Positions 8,188 to 16,376 of a stretch of 41,153 nucleotides of DNA are shown here, in pieces. The notes under the pieces are model-generated. The model saw only the letters and a list, made by a program, of their open reading frames with translations, did not search any database and was not told the origin of the DNA. The stretch's first letter is position 1, and the number at the start of each line of letters is the position of its first letter. Origin of the DNA: Candidatus Zixiibacteriota bacterium (GTDB lineage Bacteria; Zixibacteria; MSB-5A5; GN15; FEB-12); NCBI GenBank assembly GCA_024275255.1, contig JAJRZL010000164.1:1-41153 (forward strand). Direction: 5' to 3'. A program made the translations under genes and the position numbers.

Positions 8188-10899
8188 TCAGTTCATCGGT
8201 CCTGTCTCAGCACTGTTGACAAGACTGCGCACTTCGAAATCAGGATGGTTTTTGAGGTTTTCGACATTGATGCGGATATGAGACGGGTCTGCTTTCAACC
8301 GGTAATACCCCAATCGGTTGTTTTCAAAGACGGACCACCCATTGCCAAAACCGGCAGCGGCAACTTCATGTTTCATCCGGTAGAGATACCGCGCCTGGTT
8401 AAACCCCACCTCGAGGTCCTCCTTGTAAATCCAGCCGGATTCCCGGTGCACGCGCGACCATGCCAGCTTGGTAAAATACTTAAACGACTTGCCGGTCAGC
8501 CGAACAGGAAAGCCGTTTATCTTTACAAGATAACGCTCTCGTTCAAGGCTCCCGTCAATTTCAATCGACTCCGGCACTGTTGCTGCCACCCTTCTTACCT
8601 GGGCGGGCTGTCCATCGGTACGAATTCCCGGTTGCATATCAACCTCCTCGTTTTTATACGCTGTTAACTTTTCATTACATCTTTTCAATTTCTCTTCCCC
8701 GCTTACCACCTGCGCCAGTTGTTCGGGAGAACTGCTCAGGATATCACCAACATTCCCCAACCCTGCTTCGTAGAGAGCGGCATAGTCAGACCGCACCAGT
8801 ATATCGCCAAAAATCCGGTACAACTCCCGCAACGCGACCGGTAAGCCATAGCGAAGCTCGAATGCTGTATCTTCAAGATTTTTGAGTACCGTCGCCCCCG
8901 GTTGCTTTGTCATCGCCAATCGGGAAAGACCGAGCACCAAATGAGCAGCCTGTTCACCCAATGCCATAATCTGCCCGAGATGCACCTGGAACCGCTCCTC
9001 AAGCTGCTGCACCGGTGTCATACGGCTCCATTCATACAACACCAGCAATCCTTTCAACCGGGCGGCAATGTCAAACCGAAGCGGTTCGCGCCGATGATTC
9101 GCCCCAATCAAAAAGAGAGCATCTTCTATCAGGTGGTCATATTTCTGGTAGAGCATTGCCAACGGACTATACCGGACAGCCTCATAGCGGGTGAGTATCC
9201 CCGGAGGAAGCGACCAGTCCGGCACGCTGAGCGCCAACGCTGTCCATGCTGCTGATGTTTGCGGCATATTTTTATCAAGTACCGACAGGAAATATTCCGC
9301 CTGTCGAACCGATAACCCGGTAAGAGCTGTTGCCCGCCCTTTTGCCGATGCCGTGATAACACCCCGCTCATCAATCGCTACCAGTTCCATCTCAACCAGC
9401 CGCTGAAGCACCGACTTAACATCATAATAATATTGGTCTTTTGCCTCCGAATTGACAGCAGCCCACAGGGTACGGCTCAATACCCGCGAGATGTCCGGTA
9501 CTCCCGCCACCAGGCCGCTTACCACCATGTTCAACAGCCAATCCTCCAGCGGCATACCGGTAAACGCCGAAGTCACCGGCTCCTGCTGTTCCGGGGCAAT
9601 ATAGTTTTTCCATAAAATGTCCCGGTCAAACTCGGAAGCAGCCATAATAATAGCCCGCCCCGGTCGGTTCTCCGTGAACCCGGGACGTCCCGCCCGACCG
9701 GTCATATTGTCGAACTCCGCCCGACTCACCGGCACGAGAATAGGCTTGTTATCATAGACGCCGTTGACATACTTGACCGTTTCAAGAAACACCGTATCGG
9801 CGGGAAGGTCCACCCCCATAGCTAAAGTCGTGGTTGAGAATAATACTCTAACCTCTCTATTCACAAAAGCTTTCTCAACAACCATACGCTGATAAGAGGA
9901 AAGGTCGGCATTGTGAAATGCAACTCCCCGACTGAGTGTCTGACGCAACGTACGCAAAAGAAATGACGGCTCCTCGCCTTCCAGTGCTTTGAGCGCCGAT
10001 TCTGCCGGGGACCAGTTCGTCAATGTCGCCAGCCGGAACGCATAGTCAACTGTTTCCCGACGCGATTTCAAAAAGACCAGGGTTGACTCCTGCTTTTTCC
10101 CTACCTGATGGACAAACGCTTCAAACGATTCCTCGCCGGGCAACGGAGTTGCAAACGGTTCGTCACCTTCCAGCTCATCATTGAACGAACGATACCGATA
10201 CGACCCCTCTGCCGCCACCCCTCGCAGGAGGTCAACCGGACGCACAGTTTCTTCAACCAGTGTCGCCCCCAGCCAGTCAACCAGTTGTCCGGAAGCACGC
10301 TCACCATCACCAATAACAGCAGAAAGACAAATTAATGAGGGTTGATAAGTCGATGCCAGTAGCTTGGTAAGCAAGCGCTCCAGTATTGCCCCCCGGCCCG
10401 GTTCGGAGACCGTTTGAATCTCATCGACAATCACCAAACCGATATTCCCGAGAGCATCAAGGTTCGCTGTCAACAGGAGATCAAATTTCTCATAAATAGC
10501 CACCACCACATCATACTCATTGCGCGCAAACCGTTCATCATTTTCGGGATGGTCACCGGTTGCAATAAGACACTTCACTCCCAGCGATGCGTACGTTTCC
10601 TGAAAACACCGGTACTTCTGCTCGGCAAGAGATTTCAAAGGTAACAGCATGACGACTTTCCGACGTAACGTCAGTGTTCGAACCATAGCCATTTCAGCAC
10701 AAAATGATTTCCCCGAACCAGTCGGGGCGGAAATAAGCATTCTTACCGGCTGTTGCTCAGGTTCGGTTCCGGTGTAAGTCAGTATTCCCTTACGTACCGC
10801 ACGACTCTGAACAGGAAGCAGTTTGTCACCCTGTCGTTGTGACCAGACTTTGATAATTCTCGAAGGAATACCCCATTTTTCTAATTCCTGCAGCTTCAT
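8188..10899 (-). CDS. SF2 Ski2/Hel308-like helicase with C-terminal OmpR-type winged-helix-like domain
   Basis: Q motif (LLPVQ), APTGSGKS, PLKSLA, YEKFD, DEIQ, SAV, RPVDL, FLKSRR, GVAFHNADL, TTTLAMGVDLPA, GRAGR; HhH-like LYEAGL segment; C-terminal VRLTGKSF..F.KLA...ENNRLGYYRL. Confidence 0.88.
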   Translation of the reverse strand: MKLQELEKWGIPSRIIKVWSQRQGDKLLPVQSRAVRKGILTYTGTEPEQQPVRMLISAPTGSGKSFCAEMAMVRTLTLRRKVVMLLPLKSLAEQKYRCFQETYASLGVKCLIATGDHPENDERFARNEYDVVVAIYEKFDLLLTANLDALGNIGLVIVDEIQTVSEPGRGAILERLLTKLLASTYQPSLICLSAVIGDGERASGQLVDWLGATLVEETVRPVDLLRGVAAEGSYRYRSFNDELEGDEPFATPLPGEESFEAFVHQVGKKQESTLVFLKSRRETVDYAFRLATLTNWSPAESALKALEGEEPSFLLRTLRQTLSRGVAFHNADLSSYQRMVVEKAFVNREVRVLFSTTTLAMGVDLPADTVFLETVKYVNGVYDNKPILVPVSRAEFDNMTGRAGRPGFTENRPGRAIIMAASEFDRDILWKNYIAPEQQEPVTSAFTGMPLEDWLLNMVVSGLVAGVPDISRVLSRTLWAAVNSEAKDQYYYDVKSVLQRLVEMELVAIDERGVITASAKGRATALTGLSVRQAEYFLSVLDKNMPQTSAAWTALALSVPDWSLPPGILTRYEAVRYSPLAMLYQKYDHLIEDALFLIGANHRREPLRFDIAARLKGLLVLYEWSRMTPVQQLEERFQVHLGQIMALGEQAAHLVLGLSRLAMTKQPGATVLKNLEDTAFELRYGLPVALRELYRIFGDILVRSDYAALYEAGLGNVGDILSSSPEQLAQVVSGEEKLKRCNEKLTAYKNEEVDMQPGIRTDGQPAQVRRVAATVPESIEIDGSLERERYLVKINGFPVRLTGKSFKYFTKLAWSRVHRESGWIYKEDLEVGFNQARYLYRMKHEVAAAGFGNGWSVFENNRLGYYRLKADPSHIRINVENLKNHPDFEVRSLVNSAETGPMN

Positions 10900-10990
10900 C
10901 TTTGCCTCATACTTTCAACATCTTGTCGTCACTTACCTCATGTGAAACTTTATATTACCCGGTTGCTCGCTATTTCTCGTAAGAGTGTAA

Positions 10991-11212
10991 TCACCCGCAG
11001 CTTCCCCAGCCACACAGCGGACAGGTAAAACAGGTCCCCAGCCGTACCATCCCGGCGCCACAGTCAGGACAGGTGGCAGCATTCATATAACAACAGGTCT
11101 CATCCGTACCACCCTCATCACTCAACCATGCCGTATTGTCATATCCGGCAGTATCATGAGTGACGGTTACACCGGTCTGCTCCGTAGTATTATCCATATC
11201 AATGTGCGCCAT
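10991..11212 (-). CDS. Small zinc-ribbon protein (73 aa), acidic N-terminus
   Basis: CPDCG-x8-CFTCPLCGWGSCG C-terminus; strong AAGGAGGT RBS before ATG 11212 (the ORF-track start at 11314 would span the promoter). Confidence 0.75.
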   Translation of the reverse strand: MAHIDMDNTTEQTGVTVTHDTAGYDNTAWLSDEGGTDETCCYMNAATCPDCGAGMVRLGTCFTCPLCGWGSCG

Positions 11213-11260
11213 ACCTACCTCCTTGTGATTATTGTTTTGCTCTTTAATCGGCTCAAAACT

Positions 11261-11289
11261 ATAATACTGCACATTTGTGCCCCTGTCAA
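11261..11289 (-). promoter_or_regulatory. Near-consensus sigma70 promoter with a palindromic operator-like spacer
   Basis: TTGACA-N17-TATTAT; spacer contains GCACA-NN-TGTGC (11269-11280). Confidence 0.7.
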
Positions 11290-11372
11290 GCAGAAAATGT
11301 ATTTTTGTCCTCACCCCTTATTGAAGGGCTATAAGCAGAAACGTAACGTATTGAGATTCACTTGATTACGAT

Positions 11373-11409
11373 AAAAAGCCGAACCAGCCTGTTTAGCAGC
11401 CGGTTCGGC
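11373..11409 (-). terminator. Intrinsic terminator after the second tonB
   Basis: GCCGAACC...GGTTCGGC stem preceded by AAAAA on + (U-tract on -). Confidence 0.75.
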
Positions 11410-11453
11410 GCAACAAACAACATGAGGATAAACATCCCTCTCTGCTGCCGGAC

Positions 11454-12215
11454 TTACTCATCCAGTTCAAACTCGACAGTATAGGTAACCGGTACTACCA
11501 CCGGGTAACCGTTTTGAATCCCCGGACGATACCGACATTTGTATGCCGCTTCCAGTGCCGCTTCATCAAGCGATGCAATTCCCGATGAAACATACACCAT
11601 TGCCCGGATAACGCTCCCTTCTTCATCAACCACTGCCCAAATGACCACTTTCCCGGTCAACCCGGCTTGCTCTGCAAGAGACGGGTATTTCGGTTTATAT
11701 TCATATATCATCACCGGGATACGTTCCACTTTCACAAAGTCACCCGGTTGCAGTTCGCTTGCCGATAAAGGGGGAACATATTCCCCGCCTTTTCCCCTGC
11801 CCTCAGGGATTCCCAAGCCGCCGCTATCGCTGAACAAGTCATCCCATTCATTAATAACTGCCAAATCTTCCCTCGAAGCAATTTGTACATCCGGGTCAAA
11901 CAACTCCTCATCCGGAACCGGGACAGGGATTCCCACCTCGCCGGCAGGTCGTCGAATACCATTGCCAAAGTCAGGTATTTCATAGGTGATATTGATTGGA
12001 GGTGGTATTGATATCACAATCGATGTATCCAAAGAAGTATCAATTATTACTTTCTCTACATCGGGGACAACTACCTGCGACACCACCACGACCATAGCAA
12101 TGAACAACACCACAAACCCCATTCCCAGCAGCATGTGACATTGGTAAGTTGCTTTTAATTCATACGCTCCGTATGGGAGGTATAACAGATTTTTCTCCCG
12201 GTTCAACAGTACCAT
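11454..12215 (-). CDS. tonB: TonB family energy transducer (paralog 2)
   Basis: Single N-terminal TM, Pro-rich linker, TonB_C domain (PKYPSLAEQAGLTGKV...LDEAALEAAYKCRYRPG.QNG.PV). Confidence 0.85.
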   Translation of the reverse strand: MVLLNREKNLLYLPYGAYELKATYQCHMLLGMGFVVLFIAMVVVVSQVVVPDVEKVIIDTSLDTSIVISIPPPINITYEIPDFGNGIRRPAGEVGIPVPVPDEELFDPDVQIASREDLAVINEWDDLFSDSGGLGIPEGRGKGGEYVPPLSASELQPGDFVKVERIPVMIYEYKPKYPSLAEQAGLTGKVVIWAVVDEEGSVIRAMVYVSSGIASLDEAALEAAYKCRYRPGIQNGYPVVVPVTYTVEFELDE

Positions 12216-12498
12216 ACTTCACCCCTTCCTATGCGTATGACGATTCCAGGGTAAAAAAGTGGGGATAGCGTGCTATTCGGGGCGTGTTGAAAAAGGTATT
12301 TCGTCCATGTTATGATGATTTCCTCTTTGGCGGATTTACCATAACATGCTCAAAATAATATTTTTTACTTTATACCAGGTCAGCCCGCACAGAAAGGAAA
12401 CATAAGTCAACACTTCTTTTCCAGTCGCCCTCTCTTGCTGCCCTATATACTAAACGGATAAACAGATTTTTTGTGTAATGCGATTTCATAGATAACAC

Positions 12499-12531
12499 TA
12501 ACCCCCCGGCACAAAAGTACATGGGGGGTTA
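12499..12531 (-). terminator. Hairpin after the first tonB (possible terminator)
   Basis: TAACCCCCC...GGGGGGTTA inverted repeat; no clear U-tract. Confidence 0.45.
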
Positions 12532-12553
12532 TGGGAATTTGTAAACTATATGA

Positions 12554-13288
12554 TTACTGATCCAGATCAAACTCGACTTTATAGACCACCCACACCGCAA
12601 TCGGGCGTCCGTTTTGAATAGCAGGCTTATAGATACATTTATACGCCGCCTTGACAGCAGCCTCATCAAGGGATTCTGTTCCAGATGATTTTGCCACCAT
12701 GGCTTTTTTCACAGTACCGTCTTTATCTACCAGCGCCTTGACCCACACAACTCCGGTAATACCGGCTTGTTCAGCAAGTCTCGGGTACACTGGTTTTTGC
12801 TCTTTAATCATCTGCGGTTCAACTTCGTGAGCTACGAACTCATCAGGAGCAGGGAGATAATCTTCATCCTGAATATCGACCACGATTTCACCGCCGCCAT
12901 TATCGGATGCGGTAATATCGGGAGCCACAATTTCCGCTAACTCATCACGGGTAGCCAGCACGACATCTTCATCAAGCACTTCGTCATCAGCAACCGGCTT
13001 CGGAATACCGACTTTCGGGGCAGCAACATTGGGCTGATTCACTTTTACCTGTGGTGGTTTTTTGGCGATACTCGGTGGAGGACCCAGATCGGCAACTGTT
13101 TTGATAACCACAACCGGAGCATCAGCACCTTCATTATCTCCCATTGACGAAATGACCCAAGCCGTTACGAGGATGAGTGCGACAAAGGCAGTGGTAATCA
13201 ATGTTCCCATCAGGAAATTGCGTTGGTATTTGGCTTTTAGCTCATACGCACCATAGGGTGAATAGAGTGCACTGCTTCTCACCTTCAT
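12554..13288 (-). CDS. tonB: TonB family energy transducer (paralog 1)
   Basis: TM helix, Pro/Lys linker, TonB_C (PVYPRLAEQAGITGVVWV...SLDEAAVKAA..C.YKPA.QNGRPI); ATG overlaps the exbD stop (TAATG). Confidence 0.9.
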   Translation of the reverse strand: MKVRSSALYSPYGAYELKAKYQRNFLMGTLITTAFVALILVTAWVISSMGDNEGADAPVVVIKTVADLGPPPSIAKKPPQVKVNQPNVAAPKVGIPKPVADDEVLDEDVVLATRDELAEIVAPDITASDNGGGEIVVDIQDEDYLPAPDEFVAHEVEPQMIKEQKPVYPRLAEQAGITGVVWVKALVDKDGTVKKAMVAKSSGTESLDEAAVKAAYKCIYKPAIQNGRPIAVWVVYKVEFDLDQ

Positions 13289-13941
13289 TACGACTCACCT
13301 CTTGCAAGGGCAGCTTGTAACGCTGCGGCAATTATTCTGTCATCTTTTTCCGACCATTCACCCATCGCATAGCGATAGGAGAATTTGCCGTCTTCTTTCG
13401 TAAGTTCCGAGACTTTTTTACCCAGTTTATCCGCCAGGTATTGGTTCCACGATCGCTCAATCATATCAATCTCGTCGAGAATATTCACCATGTCCGCATA
13501 CTTTGCTTTCGGGTGAATAAGAATAAGCGTGTTCAGTTTCGGGTTTGCCCGGTTCTGCTCCATCAGAAGTCCACGCAGAGTATCGGGCCAGAACTTGTAC
13601 ACGGCCGTATCGGGCTTATCCGGTGCAGAGGGTAACAACTTGGGCAGGTTTTCAGGAGACGGGGTTCTCAGGTTCCAGAAAAAACGACCTTCTTCGTCAA
13701 CACGGATGGTCAACAGGTTCGATTCTTTCACCTCGATTTCCTGGTTCTCATCAACAGGCGGCAAGTTAATTTCCATAGCCTGGGGCATAGCAAATACCGT
13801 TGTCACCATATAGAAAATAAGCAGCAAGAAGGCGATATCCACCATCGGCGTCATGTCGATACGTATTGCAACACGACGTTTTTTTCGGCGTAATCCTTTT
13901 TTCCCGCCTTTCGGTTCCCGTTCTACTACTTCTCCAGCCAT
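13288..13941 (-). CDS. exbD: ExbD/TolR family biopolymer transport protein
   Basis: IDMTPMVDIAFLLLIFYMVTT TM with conserved Asp; A.YADMVNILDE motif. Confidence 0.9.
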   Translation of the reverse strand: MAGEVVEREPKGGKKGLRRKKRRVAIRIDMTPMVDIAFLLLIFYMVTTVFAMPQAMEINLPPVDENQEIEVKESNLLTIRVDEEGRFFWNLRTPSPENLPKLLPSAPDKPDTAVYKFWPDTLRGLLMEQNRANPKLNTLILIHPKAKYADMVNILDEIDMIERSWNQYLADKLGKKVSELTKEDGKFSYRYAMGEWSEKDDRIIAAALQAALARGES

Positions 13942-14026
13942 GTATCTATGTCACGCTCCTCTCGGATTATATCCTCTACTATTAGTACAATCAATCAGCC
14001 GTTTTATTCCAGACCAGTTCCTACAT

Positions 14027-14500
14027 TTATGTTGTTTTATCAACTTCCTTATCAGTGATAATAAGGAACCTCTGCAGGTGGTTTTCCTGCATGGATTTCA
14101 TCACATCCTGCATGACGCCAAAACTGGCTCGCCGGTCTGCTTTGATGACAATCAATGCTTTTAAGTTCTTTGCACGCGCTCGGTTAATTTCACTGGAGAC
14201 GGTATATTTATCACTCGTACGCACCACACGAACAGTGGTTGTCACGTCACGTCCTTCAATATTGATAGTCGCCTTTTCGACATAATCAACATAGATGGAA
14301 TCATATTTCGTAATCGTGATATTGATAATATCCTTATCCGGTAATTCGATTTGAGAATGCGATGTCGGTAACTCAACCGCCTTCGCTTCCGGTGGCTTGA
14401 ACTGGGTCGTCGCCATATAGAAAATCAACAGCAGAAAGGCAATATCCACCATCGGCGTCATGTCGATACGTATTGATACACGCCGTTTTTTTCCAGCCAT
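14027..14500 (-). CDS. exbD: ExbD/TolR family biopolymer transport protein
   Basis: IDMTPMVDIAFLLLIFYM; IKADRRASFGVMQDVM motif. Confidence 0.9.
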   Translation of the reverse strand: MAGKKRRVSIRIDMTPMVDIAFLLLIFYMATTQFKPPEAKAVELPTSHSQIELPDKDIINITITKYDSIYVDYVEKATINIEGRDVTTTVRVVRTSDKYTVSSEINRARAKNLKALIVIKADRRASFGVMQDVMKSMQENHLQRFLIITDKEVDKTT

Positions 14501-14503
14501 CGC

Positions 14504-15262
14504 TTAGATTCCCTGTTTTGCCTTCAAAATTTGTAAAATCTCAAACGTAGCTTCATCAGTGGTATAGTTAAAGGCATCTACTTTGTTGACAAAGAAGTTA
14601 TAGTAGAAAATACCCAGAATACCAGATGTCAGCCCACCGGCAGTATTTACCAGCGCTTCGGAAATACCGGTTGCCAACTGGGTAGCATCAATAACACCAC
14701 CCTCAACATTACCGGTAGCGGCAAACGCACGAATCATGCCGATTGTCGTACCCAACAATCCTACCATCGTAGCAATCGAGGCGATCGTTGAAAGAGCAAT
14801 CAGGTTCCGCTCAAGCAGTGGTCCTTCCAGCGCATTGGCTTCTTCAATCGCAGCCTGAGTGAGCTGGATTTTCTTTTCCGGATCATAAGCAGGGTTGTCT
14901 TTTACTTCCCGATACCGTTCAATACCGGCACGCAATACGTTAGCAGTAGTGCCACGCTGTTTGTCACATGCAGCCAACGCACCATCATAGTCATCATTTT
15001 GAATCAAGGTAACCAGTTTTTTGAAAAATACCTGGACAGAGCCTTTTCCTTTCGCTACCCGGTACAGAGACAAATAACGCTCAATCACGAATACGATAAG
15101 CATTACCAGAATCATGATAAGCAATACAACCAACGGTCCACCTTTGTAAATGGAGTGAACAATTGGATTTTCCGATGTACGGAATACTCCATACCACAGA
15201 CCAAATCCGATAGCAAAAGCTACGATTGCGTTAAGCGCTACAAAGATCGTCTGTTTAACCAC
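14504..15262 (-). CDS. exbB: MotA/TolQ/ExbB proton channel protein
   Basis: ATMVGLLGTTIGMIRAF and GISEALVNTAGGL motifs; GGAGG RBS with GTG start. Confidence 0.92.
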   Translation of the reverse strand: MVKQTIFVALNAIVAFAIGFGLWYGVFRTSENPIVHSIYKGGPLVVLLIMILVMLIVFVIERYLSLYRVAKGKGSVQVFFKKLVTLIQNDDYDGALAACDKQRGTTANVLRAGIERYREVKDNPAYDPEKKIQLTQAAIEEANALEGPLLERNLIALSTIASIATMVGLLGTTIGMIRAFAATGNVEGGVIDATQLATGISEALVNTAGGLTSGILGIFYYNFFVNKVDAFNYTTDEATFEILQILKAKQGI

Positions 15263-15309
15263 TTGAAGAGTCCTCCAACTTAAAATATATCAACAACATT
15301 TCTATTCAC

Positions 15310-16335
15310 TTATATCTCAGAACCTTTGGCAGCCACCAGAATAAACGCTGCCAATGAAATAATTACTCCCCATGAGAGCGAATCAAGAAACACACCCACA
15401 TTGTATCCATCGCCAAGGCTGGAATACATTGTTGCAGCATCGAAGCTATAGTCTCCACCAAAGAACGACAGCACCAACGCCACGACAAACAGAATCAACG
15501 GAATCCAGTTATACCGTAAAATCTTTTTCAGTTTCAACACCCGCTCATCAGGGTCGCCTTTGCCGCCATATAACCCGATTAAGGTGTAAATTGGCAGGGC
15601 AATACAAAGCAGGATGTATACAAGAAAGACAATAACTGTCAGCAACAGGGCAAAACCGGAGGAAAAAACATACGAGCCCAGAGAACCGATAGATATGATT
15701 GCTCCAATTGCCGAAACACGGTCATACTCTTTATAGTATTTCTTTTTGGCAACATATCCATGAATGATTTCTTCGGTAACCCCCTGCTTTTCGCTTGTAA
15801 CACTTGCTCTTCCTCCACTACCGGTTGTAGCAGCGGCAGCCATGGCGGCAGTATCAACGGGAGCTGCTTCCTGTTGTGCTCCTGCTGTTGTGGTATCAAG
15901 AGCAGAGCCCATAACTGCGGCAAGGCTATCGGTAAGTGAATCCGCCGGTGTCGCCGCAACCATGGCACTGTCAGCCGGGGTTTCCGTTATCTTTGCCGTT
16001 TCTTCTATCTCATTATAGACAGCAAACCAGGGCATAAACAATGACGCAAAAATAACAACACATGCTATCGAGAGAACGATTTTATCAATTAACGTTACCC
16101 GTTCCTCAAGCAGTGTACACTCTTCTCGTATCTTTGCGCCTTTTTTACGTCGTTCAATTACTGAATCAACCCATTTTTTCTTCTCAGCTTCCGACTTGAA
16201 GAGATCCTTGGGTTTGCCCGGGAACACCTCAAAGCCGATATAATGAAACCGCTCATCTTCGGAAATATTCCGCTTTATTTCCGTCTTTTTCTCGGCTTTT
16301 GTTGCGGTGTTGCTATTCTTTTCTTTATCAGGCAT
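15310..16335 (-). CDS. Uncharacterised integral membrane protein (about 5 TM, low-complexity Ala/Thr periplasmic loop)
   Basis: Long ORF in operon, AGGAG RBS, hydrophobic segments. Confidence 0.75.
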   Translation of the reverse strand: MPDKEKNSNTATKAEKKTEIKRNISEDERFHYIGFEVFPGKPKDLFKSEAEKKKWVDSVIERRKKGAKIREECTLLEERVTLIDKIVLSIACVVIFASLFMPWFAVYNEIEETAKITETPADSAMVAATPADSLTDSLAAVMGSALDTTTAGAQQEAAPVDTAAMAAAATTGSGGRASVTSEKQGVTEEIIHGYVAKKKYYKEYDRVSAIGAIISIGSLGSYVFSSGFALLLTVIVFLVYILLCIALPIYTLIGLYGGKGDPDERVLKLKKILRYNWIPLILFVVALVLSFFGGDYSFDAATMYSSLGDGYNVGVFLDSLSWGVIISLAAFILVAAKGSEI

Positions 16336-16376
16336 CCAGTCTCCTGTAATGATATATATAAACGTGTTCGTTGAAC

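Noticed and set aside
5477-11212. Zn-ribbon, helicase and Lon as a single BREX/Hachiman-like defence operon
   Set aside because: A strong terminator separates helicase from lon; Lon is LonA-type, not BrxL; no HamA, nuclease or methylase and no island context
12236-12264. ECF-sigma-like promoter (CCCCAC-T-run...CGTCATA) before the second tonB
   Set aside because: The -10 CGTC is suggestive but the -35 is a poor match; cannot be supported without a lineage motif
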